A DNA stretch of 64,000 nucleotides, taken from NCBI GenBank assembly GCA_904063045.1, contig CAJFCJ010000002.1:1758422-1822421 (forward strand), written 5' to 3'. The notes under the pieces are model-generated. The model was not told the DNA's origin. It made no database searches and saw only the letters and a list, made by a program, of their open reading frames with translations. Positions 27,701 through 40,651 of the stretch are shown one piece after another. Position 1 is the stretch's first letter; every line of letters begins with the position of its first letter. The position numbers and the translations under genes were made by a program. This DNA is from Dimorphilus gyrociliatus. Its lineage: Eukaryota > Animalia > Annelida.

Positions 27701-29734
27701 AAGGAAAAGTAATATAAGAATAATATATATATATATTACTATTTTGTATTTATGTTCTTTTACTATTTTTTTTTAAGATAACATCTTTAAAAATGTTTCA
27801 ATTTCAATTTCATACCGGATTCATGCGTCCTGATAAAAAATCTATGAGATTCAGAAAGTGAGCTAAACTTTTGACATTTTCTTTAAATCAAATATGATAA
27901 TTATTTAATTTCATTTATTTATCATAGGAGAGATTTAGATCAAACTGATACGGATGACAAATATCCAGATTCATTTCTTGTAAGCATTGAAGGAGTCGTA
28001 TCTGATAAATCAGGATTTATTGATGATGATAGTTGGCAAAACTTTTCAAAGAAAAATTTAAATCCTAAATTATTATTTAGAGATGATGAAGAAATGCAGA
28101 GAGCAATCACAAGATTTGGTATACAAATAAATAACTATTTATATATATAAGTTGATTATTATTAATTAATTATTGTTATTTTTGTAAAAGGTATGTCCAA
28201 TCGTCTTAAGAAACATATGGACAAACAAGCTCCGTCAGAATCTTCTGATACTAGTAGTCCAGAAGCAAATACTCTAACAAATAAATTTGCTCGAATTGAT
28301 ATCGAATCTTCTGAATCAAAACCTGAAATCATTCCTAGTAAAGAAAACAAACCAGCTTCAAAAAGTTTCTTTGAAACATTACAATGGGAAGATAGTGAAG
28401 CTTTGAATGAAAATAAAGAGGAAGAAGTGTCCGTAAATAAACGAAGTAGTCCAATTGACAAGGCAACTCCAGTAGTTAATACAACACCGGCAAAAAAGGA
28501 ACCAGCTAGGGAAGAATTTACCGATCTGTTAGGCTTAAATACATCTGCAACAGTTAAAGAAAGTACTCTTCCAACTAATGTTGACCTATTATCGGGTATT
28601 CCAAATACAACAAATGTTGATTTATTAAGCTCTTGCGTGAACGAATCTCAGGAGCAAAGAGTGGAGCAAACGAAACAAGAAGAAAATCTTTTTGATACTG
28701 ATTTCTTCGCTCAACCAGCTGCAAGAAATACTCAGCAAACGAAAACTAATGACGACTTAAATGATTTATTTTCTAGTCAGACGGTGAAGCCACAACAAGG
28801 TTCGATTAAGGATGACTTGTCATATTTTAGTAATGCAACTAAAACTGCGACAAGCGGAGGTGATTTACTGGGAGATTGGACCTCCATGAATTTAACATCC
28901 GGCTCCAAAGTAAACTTACCCCGAAATAATTCGGCTCATAATTTAAGTACGAAGATGACAGACAGTCAAGCTTCGCCAAAAACAGCTAAAAAGAACGATC
29001 CTTTCTTAAACATTGATATGGGAAATTTGAGCGGGATGAAGCACAGCGCAAGCACAGGTTCAAAGTTATCTAATATTGGTACTGGGAGCAGCCCGCAACA
29101 CCAAGCCAAGCCTAATTATTCGTCTAATAACTTTACGGCTCCTAAGCAAGCACCTGCTGGACCTTATCCAACAGCTTTTGCACAAAATAATAGAACATTT
29201 GTAACTGGAAATCCTATGATGGGTAGAGGAACTCAAAAGCCTTTTGGGCCAAAACCAAATGTTAGCGAAGACACTTTTTCGGATTTGCTAGGCGGACATG
29301 CATTTACAAAGCCATCCAACGAACCGAGAACAATGAAGGAAATGCGAAAAGCTGCTCTGGCTGAAACAGTTGATCCTGATGTTCTCAAGGTCAGAGAATG
29401 GGTTGAAGGAAAGGAACGGAATATAAGAGCGCTTTTGTGCTCGTTAGACCGTGTCTTATGGGACGGAGAGGCGCGTTGGAAACCACCAGGAATGCACCAA
29501 TTGGTTAGCGGTAATGATGTGAAGAAATGGTATAGAAAAGCAGTTCTCAGTGTTCACCCAGATAAGGTAAGATAGTATATCCGAAAATTTAGTACAAAAT
29601 GTAAAATAATTTCTTCCTTTTATCTTAAACAGCTAACAAATACAGAGCATGAAGATATAGCCAAGTTAATATTTATGGAACTAAACGACGCATGGTCAGA
29701 ATTTGAAAAAAATGGCATGTCTTCATTAACTTAA
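24767..29734 (+). CDS. GAK: Cyclin-G-associated kinase / auxilin, multi-exon
   Basis: NAK kinase (IAEGGFAYVY, HRDLK, LCDFGS), PTEN-like domain ([17 protein letters not shown]), C2 domain, low-complexity clathrin-binding region with DLL/DLF motifs, C-terminal J domain (NIRALLCSL...[12 protein letters not shown]). Confidence 0.94.
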
Positions 29735-30448
29735 GAAAAAATTGTTAAATAGACAAAAAAAAATTAGCTATTCGAAATACGAACTACAAATTTATGTGTT
29801 TATTGTAAATTTTGACGAGAGAAAAACAGGTAATTCCTAGTTTTAGAAAAAATAATTCTTCTTGTTGAAACGTATTATGTACAAGAGATAAAAAAAAAAG
29901 CATGCAATATATATTGTAAACAAAATGCACCTTGTTAGCATTGAATTAAATTTATTATAAAGGAGAGAAAAGGCGAACTTCTCAATGTTTACTTATTAGA
30001 CTGTTGAAATATTTGATCTTTTTTGTTTTTAGAAGAGGTCAGTTGGAAATAAAATATCATGAAATATGATATGATATAATTTATCTATGATAGATTGCTA
30101 TAAACTAGGAAGATGGAAAACTATGGTACAAATTTTCTCGTAACTTTCTTTTGAAAGGAGAACTATTTATAGATTATAATAATATATTATTCCGGATGGA
30201 AATCATTTTAATATCCTATTTTTCGTTTATTCATTTTGAAATTAACTTTTTTTATTATTAAATTTACGATAAATTCAATAAAAATTTTTATTTCTACTAC
30301 ATTTTCTAATTTTTGTTTATGTAAATAGAAAATTGTCTACCTTAAATGAGCTCTTGTTTTTAGTTTCTAATACTTGTTATTTTGGTTGGGTTCATTTTCA
30401 CACACGAATATGAACTCTGGAGTATTGCCAATAGTAATTTGCACCAGG

Positions 30449-33127
30449 TTATTCCATGAGAACGTAAGAAGGTCCTTTATCTTTAAAGGCTTTTGTATAA
30501 CCTTTTGAGACATATGGTATAACTAAGAGTACAATTACATATGATAAAACGGTAGCCATGAGAAAGATCCAGAAAAGTAGACGATCTATAACTGTGGCAA
30601 TAGTTTGCCATTCGACTATCATCTCTTTTCTACTGACTAATGCTTGCTCTTTTCTACATATGGCAACAACTAGTTTAGCAATTGTATCGGTTCCCTTAGC
30701 TTGTGGGGGGCTTTTAGTCATACCTAATCCAGGTAAGCCTAAACCAGCTAAACCAGTACTCTTCTTTCTTTGAGAACTTGGGCCACTGAGCGGAGGAGGC
30801 ATGAGACTTTTAGATTCTTCCCGTTGCAAATCTTCCCTTTTAAGCCATACCTGTTCCTCTTCGGGTCTCATATCTTGATTGCTAATTGTACTAAATCGTC
30901 TTGATAGTTTATCCTTATTGGGATCTGTCGGTGTTGCGTCAGATTCAAAGCCGAGATTTTCCAGATTACCGGATAGGGTGGTGTCGAGTCTGGCAGCTGA
31001 GGGGCGACGATTCGAATTGGTCTTTCCGGTATGTTTTTGGCACCTATATTTTTCTTCTTCCTCCTCTTTCTGTTAAAAGAACAGGCGAAAAGATTAATTT
31101 CAATCAAATGGTGATTAACAAAAGTAATTAATTAAGCAAGTACTAATTACCAATCGTATACTTTGAGCAATACGCTCGATGTCATGAGTCATTCTCAGAA
31201 ATCTGCAGATCCAATTTAAAACTATGACTTTCAGCCACTTAGGCGCTCTCTTAGCCTGAATTTTTTAAGAGTATCAGTTTACAAGCATTTACTTTTATGT
31301 TTGTCAAAAATGCTAAACTAACCTTGGCACCCCTATTGTATAAATTTATTACAAGAACAGCCATAATTACAGATACGCTTGTCATAGTCATTACTGTTGT
31401 CAAGTAGATTCCAATAAGAGGAACACTCTCAGAAGTGGCTGGAACCTCTTCAGCAATCAGCAGCATAAACATTGAGAACGCCAAAAACACTGATAGGCCC
31501 AATGAGATTTTTTCACCAGAAGTTGATGGCAGCCAAAAAGTGAGCAGGGTGAGGATAGAGAGCATAACACATGGAACAATTATATTCCATATGTAATAGA
31601 AAGTTCTTCTTTTCACGAACATAGTAAATAAAAGATCTGGATGAGCTTCGCTGCAGCAGGCATAATGGCGCATTTGCTTCTCAAAACTGCAATTAATCAG
31701 TCAATAAACTTTGTAATACATTCGTATATAAGTATAAAGTATGTTTTTTTTACTTAATAGACAAAAGTTCCCATTCGCTATTATCCATATAGTTTTTTAG
31801 GTCGAGAGCTTGAATTGAGGAATTAAAGTCCACCCAATCTCCCGAATATATCCATGATCCAAATCTCATGGTACAGATCTAAATATAAATTATTTTAATA
31901 TAAAATGTGTTTCTTAAAGAAAAAATTACTGTAAAAACTAAGTGGCGTCACCTGGTAATCGAACGGAAAATACGTGATATCGACTTTGCAGGAGCTGCGT
32001 AATTTCATCGGAACAGGCCATTTTACCCTCCCTTTGTAGTTTATTAATACATAGACTCCTCGCATAAAGCCAGTAGAACCATCATCTGCACTATTTCCGG
32101 TAACAAAGATAATAGATAAACAAAAATATATATTATTTGTATCATAAACGTTTTTACTTGTTAAAAATGAACGTATCTGGCAGCCATACAGCAGCAGCAG
32201 CTACTCTTAGATTTTTTATTCCATTATAGTCATCAACATTCCACCTAAGATTTTCGTCATCCCATTCCTAGAAACATTAAATATCATGTTGAATGAAACA
32301 AGAGCTCATTTGTTCATTTAATACAGAACCTGATCTATGAAGACGTTTGTTGTTAAGACCTGTAATCTTTCATCCTAAATAGATAAATTGAAAGAGAAAA
32401 CAATATAGAAAACGGTTTGAAATAAATAATATGATAGAAAGGAGATACGTTACCAAATCCACAATTTGATTGAGGGTTAATCGAAAATTTACAGAGATAA
32501 CTTTAGTAGCATTCTGTACCGGTCGAACGTCATTTTCATAGTCGCGCATTAAATCATTATAGAGACGCTGTTCTTCCGGAATAACTCCTGGTTGACGTTT
32601 TCCTATTAGAGAGAAACGGATAAAAACTCTTCTTCATTTTTCAGATCTCCGCTATATTAACTAATGTAATACTTATATTGGGGAGAGGAAGGGAGCCTCC
32701 TTAATTATCTGACACATTCGACGTTAGTTAATTAGATTAGAACGTGCCTCTTTTACCCTTTGCGTTTTATACTTTTAAAATTGGCGATGTACTATTTTTT
32801 TATTTGCTTTCAACCCTCAATCCTTTTACAGACAGTAATCAACGTTAGTCTTGCTCTCCTTTTTTTTTTACAATACTGTCTTATGTATTATTTTTGCACC
32901 GCAAATAAAGAAATAATAGCCATATTTCGATATAATATAAGATAAATAGTGCTATTTATGCATAAAATGCATTAAATATAAATACTATATATATATGTAT
33001 TAGTTTTTATATATGTGTCTATATATTTAGTGTATTTATACTCTTATTAATGAGAAGAAAAGAGAAATTCCAAACCTTCGATGAAGAATGAAACACTAAA
33101 AGTGAACAGAAGAAATTCCTTTATCAT
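30449..33127 (-). CDS. Nicotinic acetylcholine receptor alpha-type subunit, multi-exon
   Basis: RLYNDLMRDYENDVRPV, Cys-loop SSCKVDITYFPFDYQ.C, loop C HYACCSEAHPD, M1-M3 (GEKISLGLSVFLAFSMF), M4 IDRLLFWIF. The start is tentatively the signal-peptide exon MIKEFLLFTFSVSFFIE at 33127. Confidence 0.9.
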
Positions 33128-33988
33128 GTGGAGAACTGAAAATAACAAGAAAAGCAGTTAACATTAGATAAATAGTCGTATTATAAATAAGATAATTTAT
33201 ACAATTCAAAAGACTAATTTTTAATTCCTTATTAGCCGAAAAGAAAAGTGAAAGCCCTTTTGCGACAATCGATAACCTCGATAGGCATAAACCTTTTAGC
33301 GTTGCCTGCTTTTTAGGCCTAGAAAAGTAGAGAAATAAGATTTAGCTTATAATATAACTTGGGAGAGGGAGAGAAAATACATAAAAATCACTAAAGGAAA
33401 TCTGGAATGATTGATACGAGAGAAAAGAGATAAGGGCCTCTTCATTTATTTCTATTACAAAATGTTGATTGACCAGAAGAATAAAGCTTTACAAAAAGAA
33501 AAGAAAGATTGTTTTTCTTTCAACTATACCTGCAATGTTTTTGTTTCCAGTTGTAAAGTTTCCAGTTTAGTGCTATACACTGTGAACCGCGTTTTTGGAA
33601 TAATCCAGTATAGGCAAAATACCGGTCACGTGATCGAAATCGATTAGAAGAAGCTGCAGTGTAGACCAGCAAAGTCTTCCCTTTCGAAATATACAGTAAA
33701 ATGTTAAGCTCAATGACCGACAGACGGCGTACTCAGTTCTATCTCACGGGTTTGGTTGGGAAATGGTTGTCGCCTGCGTGCAAACACTACTATTCGAATT
33801 CCAGTCAGTGGAACAAAGTTTCCTTCTTAAGAATCTAACATTGAAAGGTTTTTCTTTTAAAACGAAAAGCTTATAAAATATTAATTCTTACCGAATGCGA
33901 AATATGAATAACAAAGTAAAACTTATATGACTGAAAAGCCTTCCGGAACATAATCTTTTATAGAGAATCTTTAGGGGGCTATAATGGG

Positions 33989-36900
33989 ATGATGAAAACA
34001 TTTTATTTTTTATTGTTCTATTTCTTTAGTATTAATCAATGTTTTAAATTTCCAAAAACTTATCCAAACGTGCACTTCTATGAGAATGAGGTGAGTACAA
34101 TGATTCTGTTATGGAAAAATGTTAATATTGATCCTATTTTCGTTCAGTTCTCACATTCCGAAAATATTTATCATCATTTTAACAAACGATCTACGGAACT
34201 GCAGAATTTGAGAATAAGCGTTGAATACGACGATAGCGTAAAGAAATTAGGAAATCAAAAAGAAAACCTTGTTAAGGTAGTTATAGAATGATAATAGATA
34301 TTTTATTAATAATTATATCTGCTGTCCTCAGAATACTCTAATTGAAGAGGCCATTAAATTTTGGAACAAAGCTTTAAAAGTCAAAAAGCCACTAAAGAAA
34401 TTGCTGCTCACTAGGTGCCAATAAATTGTTATTATTTTTATTATTCAACCACTATGACTTATCTAATCTTCTTCCGCAGGTTATGCAAATCAAATAGGAT
34501 TGTTTTTGAAAAAGGGAAGCCTGAATTCTCCTGCTTAGATGGTTGTAAAGAGATATCTTCTTGTGGTAATATTTCCATTCCAGAATATCATTTAAAAGTA
34601 AGTGAGAAATTAACTAAAATTAGTTCTAACAACACTTATTTTGTATAATAAGGGCGTTTAATCTACTTAATACTTGCTAAAAATAAACAGTCCTATTTTA
34701 AATGTATAATAAATTAAGTAAAAAGATCATAGATGTAAAGACATTACAGTTGTATTGTTAAATTTGTTGATTAGAAATGTCGGGTTGCAAAAAAAGTACA
34801 AAATTGGTACGAGACACACGAAGAGGGAACCGAAGGTTCGGGAATATTGGACAGAGATTTTATCTTATATGTTTCCGCGAAAGAAACTAATAGGTGTGGA
34901 GAAAGGGATACTATTGCCTATGCCGCCTTCTGCCATCAAGATGCGTTAACCGATAGGTAGGTGTCAATTATATAGATTACTATAAGTATCTAATTCAGCA
35001 TTTAGTAATCTGCTGTCTTCAATATCGAAATGTTTTGAAAAGTTCACCAATTCCTTCGAGTCTAAATTTTCGTTCTAAAGTTTTGTGGGAGTGTCAATCA
35101 GAAAATGTAAAATTCTAGATACTATTTATGTTTTCAACAACATTCTTACCTTATCTAAGTCTAACTCATCGAGAATATCATCAACTTTAGAGTCAGTAAA
35201 TTTTGTATCATCTATCATAGACCACTCTCGAACTTCATCTCTGTTTAAATATCCATCGTTATCTTTATCTCTAATGTTTCTAAATTCTCTTTCAAGATGC
35301 TCTATTTCTTTTTCATCCTCTTCATCCATATCTTCTGTATTATGATTTATACCAATAAATTCTTGTAAGCTGATTCTTTCATCATCATCTTCGTCTAAAT
35401 CATTTAGTGCTTCCTATGATAAAAAATATAATATCGTAGACTGCTAACTTGAAAATATTTTTATTATTCGGAGTTGTTTACATCAACAACAACTTTTGAC
35501 ATGAAGCTAAAATCTTCGGGATGCAAAAATACATGCCATTCTTCAAAGTCTAGCGTTCCACTATGATTTTTATCCGCTAGCAACCATCTGTTTTTATCTC
35601 GTCTCATTAGTTCATTATTCTTATCATTATCTGATTAAACATTGATTTTGATTCAGTGTCGTAATTAGTGATGACTGTTTGTGCTACGATACCTTTACCA
35701 AAGGTTTCCGTTTTATAATCAGACCATGTCAGCTCACCATTTTTTATAAAGTTAACGTAGTCATTCCACTCATCTATTGACTCCAATGCTAATCTCCTCC
35801 TTTCCAAGGTCCTAAACCAAATGAATAATTCCGTTCTATTTAATCTCTTATTGTTATCTAAATCGATTTGTATGAAGATTTTATTATTCATGCTTTGACA
35901 CTGAACATATTGTCTATTGAAGTAGACAAAAAGAACTATCTTGAATAGTGTTAATTTCATTTTTGACTTTTTTTAAAATATTGAATTACATTTAAAATTT
36001 TAACAGGCCTATTTCGGGATATGCTAACCTCTGCCCAAGCAAGTTGTCAACTGAGAATAGTAAAGCTTATTTATTACATTCCGTCGTTCGACATGAAATT
36101 CTACATGCATTGGTAGATAATAATGAAAAATTTTTTAATTTCATCATTTTATATCGGTGCATATTTAATAGGGTTTTAGCGCCTCTTTATTCGGATTCTA
36201 TCGGGATGAGAATGGGGATCCACTAACACCAAGGAATGAAACTACAGGAAAACCCAATTGGAATAGACAGTTTGTCTCCAAATAGTAATTAGGTTAATTA
36301 TTATTTATAATAATTTTATTTTAAGATTGTCCGTTCATCAGTGGAGTAATAAAGTCATTCGACAAGCGACGTACAATAATTGGAGAGTTCGTAAGGGAGT
36401 TATACAAAAGACAGTTCACTTGGTCGTTACCCCTAATGTTGTCGTAAGTCAAATCAATCTCTTTATAACACATTTACATAAATCCTCATTTGTAAACGTT
36501 AGAGGGAAGTCAGAAAGCATTTTAATTGCACTAGCCTTGAAGGAGCAGAACTAGAGAATCAAGGAGGTTCCGGAACAGCCCTGACCCACTGGGAAAAAAG
36601 AATTTTTGAAGTACTAAGCTTAAAATATTTGAATATAAGTGAAATTAATCAAAATATTATTCCTCAGCATGAAGCTATGACAGGTACCTATACGCAAAAT
36701 CCAATAATATCCAGCATTACTCTGGCACTAATGGACGATACAGGGTAGGTCGTCTTTTATCATATTTTCAATATAAAATTTAATTTGTATATAAATTACA
36801 AAAATAACAAATTAACTCCAAACAACAGATGGTATAAAGCCGACTATTCAATGTCTAGAGATTTGAGATGGGGCAAAAATTTAGGTTGTCAGTTTGCAAC

Positions 36901-38016
36901 TCAAAGTTGTTTGTCATGGATGCTAAACAAACAACAAAAGTTGGTATTCTAAATTAAATTAAGCTCCATAACAAGATCTTAACGATATTTATTATTTGGT
37001 AGAAATGAGTCTCTGGATCCTTTCTGTAATATACCTCCAGGAAAACAAGTTGTAACAAAATGTGATGAGGATAAAAAATCCGTCGTTATGTGTAATATGG
37101 TTAAATATAAACAACCACTTATCGATGACTTTCAAGTACTAATTATTTAATACTGATATATATATATATATATATGTATAGAATATTGTATTTTTAATAT
37201 AACTATCCTCAGAATTTTCTAAGCATTCCCGGAATTAAAAATTCAGATGTTAAATATTATGGCAGTAGCGCTAGTTTGTCGGATTTTTGTCCTTTTTTTC
37301 AAGAATTTGAATGGAAAACTAATGGAAAATTTCTGAGAACTTCAGTTTGTTCATTCCCTGAAAATCAATTAGGAAAAGTCAATAATTTCTTACTGGAAAC
37401 TTATGGAAAAGAGTAAATAGTCTTTGTTACTTATAACATATTTTCTAATGTTCTTTTACATTTCTATTAGGTCACGCTGTTTTGAAAACCTAAGATATAC
37501 TCCATGGTATACGTTAAATTGTAAGAATAGATCAAAATTTACGCTTCCTCACGTTGGAAGTGCATGTTATAAGGTTCTACTACAATTGTAAAGTATTATA
37601 TCATATATTATAATGTTATCAATTTCCTTTAGTATGAATGCGATCCTGATAATGGACTACTAGTTACCGTAGGGAAGGAAAAGATCAAATGTTCGCGAAA
37701 AGGGGAAGTTGTTGAGGTATTTTACTAGTTCACGTATTTGTTTATTTCAATTATATTTAAAATTCAGATTTCGTCTATTGTTGATAATTGGCTGCATAAA
37801 GGGAATATTATTTGCCCTGATTGCTTGGATATGTGCCCAAAGGCATTTTGTCCTCTACAACAAACTTTCACACCAATTTCAAAGACAGAAGATAACCTTA
37901 CAACTTGCAAAGATATGTATGATGCAAATTCGTCTAACATCTTATTATCAAGCTTGCAATACTTTTCTAGCTTTGTTTTTATTGTAAATGTAATAATAAA
38001 TGTTGATCTCATTTAA
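33989..38016 (+). CDS. LMLN: Leishmanolysin-like (invadolysin, M8) metallopeptidase, multi-exon
   Basis: Signal peptide, [12 protein letters not shown]|[10 protein letters not shown], zinc motif [25 protein letters not shown], Cys-rich C-terminus and a hydrophobic GPI-type tail. Confidence 0.9.
34964..35960 (-). CDS. CREC-family (calumenin/reticulocalbin-like) EF-hand protein nested in an LMLN intron, 4 exons
   Basis: Signal peptide, multiple EF-hands ([36 protein letters not shown]), [10 protein letters not shown] and [12 protein letters not shown] typical of CREC proteins. Confidence 0.85.
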
Positions 38017-38315
38017 GAACTAGAGAGCAAGAGCATATTTCTACGATATCCCCTTTTATTTCTGTGCTTGTCTTCTAGCTATGAAGCAAATATTAATGTT
38101 TAGAAATATCTCTGTTGTTTGTTTGTTTATTTGTTTGTTTGTCTGTCAATAAAGAATATGAATATATATATAAAATAAAAAGTAAATGATAAACCTTTGA
38201 AAAAGTATACAAACCACTGAAAAAGTAAAATTCACTCCACTTTTTACTTAATCCCGGATGCGTAAAGGTAACTACCAAACTTTATACACCATATAAGAAA
38301 GTAATACTTTTTTAA

Positions 38316-38335
38316 GATGGCGTGTTAGTCACGTG
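38316..38335 (+). promoter_or_regulatory. YY1-type (AAGATGGCG) plus E-box (CACGTG) cluster, probable METTL27 promoter
   Basis: aagatggcgtgttagtcacgtg about 570 bp upstream of the METTL27-like ATG. Confidence 0.4.
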
Positions 38336-38896
38336 ATTTATAGGTTCTGTATAAACACGGGCAAACAGGTCGGTTTCTTTACAATCTAGACTATTTATAT
38401 AACTGACTTACGTTAATCACACCAGCCTGTCAACTAATCTATCTTTCAGTATGTTAATTTTACTTTTAACTTATAGCCTACTTTTTATTTATAAAATATC
38501 TTTTTTTCCTTAAAGTAAATGAAAAATAGTGTATTTTCTAAATTTACATCGTTTAAATTATAAGATAACAAACTGATAGAAAAAAAGTTACCTTTTATTA
38601 TAGCATCAAGTTTGACTTTAACGATAATCATTAATAATAAAATCGAATAAGTGATGATGAAGATGATGCTCATGATGACGACATTTTTACTTCATACCCT
38701 TTTTTTTTAACAAGAAATTTCTCCTATTTGATAAATCTTGTAATAATACTTACAAAGTTTACATAAAATGATATTTACGAATGTAAATAAATACTTGATG
38801 GTTGTAAACAAAAAACAAAATTATCAGGTATGTTCTATAAGTGTTTTAATTGTTCTTTCATTTCAGACAAATATCAAGTTTTAAATTACTTAGAAA

Positions 38897-39776
38897 ATGA
38901 ATAAAATATCTACACTTTCTTCAAAGATGAATGATGCTGCTCATGAATCTAATAAAACCAAAGAAGAGATTTTTAATTATTACAGCCAATGGGCGGAGAG
39001 TGGAAGATACGAAAATGTTTGTTGATATGGCAAACTTTCAAATAACTCTACCCCTTTTTATAATTTTCAAAAATATTTCTTAGGATCTTGGACCCCAAAA
39101 CTATAGAGGACCAATATATTGCGCTGAAGAGCTGAGTAGACGATTAATAGACAAGAACTTACGAATTTTAGATGTCGCCGCCGGAACGGGATTCTTGGGA
39201 AAGGAGCTGGCAAAGCTTGGCCATAAAAATATAGATGCCCTTGAACCTTCAATTGGTATGATTAAAATGCTAAAGAGGTTAGCGACATATACCAGAGTAT
39301 ATTCGGATCAAATCGACGAAACGGAAATTCTCTCAATAGAGGCAGGCGAGTGAAAATGTGCATATAAAATAAAGAGCGGAAGTTATAAATCTGAGACATT
39401 TTCAGATCAATACGATGGCCTGGGTGTCGCTGGAGGTATGGGCGAGGGTCACATTCCGTGTTTAGGACTGCTACAGTTGATTAAGTTGGTTAGAAAAGGT
39501 GAAGAATAAATGCAAAAATTGTCATTTTATTATATATCTGACATTCCAGGAGGCTTTATTGTTATTGTTATGAGGAAAGCTTATCTGGAGTCGGTAGCAG
39601 AATATAAGAATAGGCTGGAGCCATTTATGAAATATTTGGAAAAAAAGGGTTATTGGAAATTGTTAAAAAAAGAGACGAAAGAAAGATATTCCTTTTCTAA
39701 TCAAGGTTTACTTTACACTTTTCAAGTTGAAATAAACGGCAACGTTAACTATTGTGACGTCAAAAACTACTTATAA
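38897..39776 (+). CDS. METTL27: METTL27/WBSCR27-like class I SAM methyltransferase, multi-exon
   Basis: YYSQWA..G.YE.DL...NYRGP, RILDVAAGTGFLG, DALEPSIGM, YDGLGVAGGMGEGHIP. Intron 39346-39405 needs a GC donor. Confidence 0.8.
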
Positions 39777-40651
39777 CTTAAAAACTCATTTGAGAAGTTT
39801 TATTACTGTCTGTATGGAAACCTTTTTCGATCTGAAAAATGCGATATCTATTTAAAGTTAGAGATCAATTTATTCTTTTGAGAATTTTTAATAGCCATTG
39901 GTAGTAAGCGCTAATCTTTCTTAATTTTCACCGATTGAATTTGGAATAATTTGGGTTTGAAACGTGATATTTTCCATGTTAAATTATAAATAAAATACTT
40001 GAACAAAACGTGCACAAGTGTCTCTTTTATAAAGTGTATTTGCACAACAAAAGCTTGAAACATTGTTGATAAGTAAAGTACAAGCCAAACCAAACGTTAG
40101 TTTTTCTGCTACCTTCATACTTTGAGCTGGCAGGAAGCTTATCTGAAAATATAATAGTCTAATATTAGACAAATTCTTCAGTTGAGATTAAACAAAAGTG
40201 ATTTTTTCTGTTATCAGAATGTTTTGGGAACAGTTTGTTTTCATAAAACAAATCAAATGGAATAATCAAGACATCATGCTTTTATCAAAGAACCTTTCAA
40301 TTTGTAAAAAATTGGAAATTCGGTTCTAAATTAAAAAACTATAAACAGCACTTACTTTTTATTCTAATCCGTTAGTTTCCAATGCTTTCTAAAAAGCTTG
40401 AGATTTTTCAATTTAAGGGTTCATGGCAAGTCCTTCACTTTTGTCAGCCATTTGTCTTCTTTCAGCCATCTTTTAAAGGTTAAGTGCAGAAAATACTTTC
40501 TTTTTCTTGCAGCTCTATGTTTGAAGCACACTTTCGCATATAAATAATACATTACCGCTATATTGAGTAGCAATTTTCAATATTTAAGTAACTTAAAAGT
40601 TCTACTTTACAATTTGTTGGATGTGAAAGACGAATAATGACTGGTTTAAAT

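Noticed and set aside
39900-40560. Chain of splice-like signals and short ORFs on the minus strand downstream of CCDC88
   Set aside because: Every assembly I tried hit a stop within a few codons. It may be a spliced UTR or an alternative CCDC88 end, but I could not support that.
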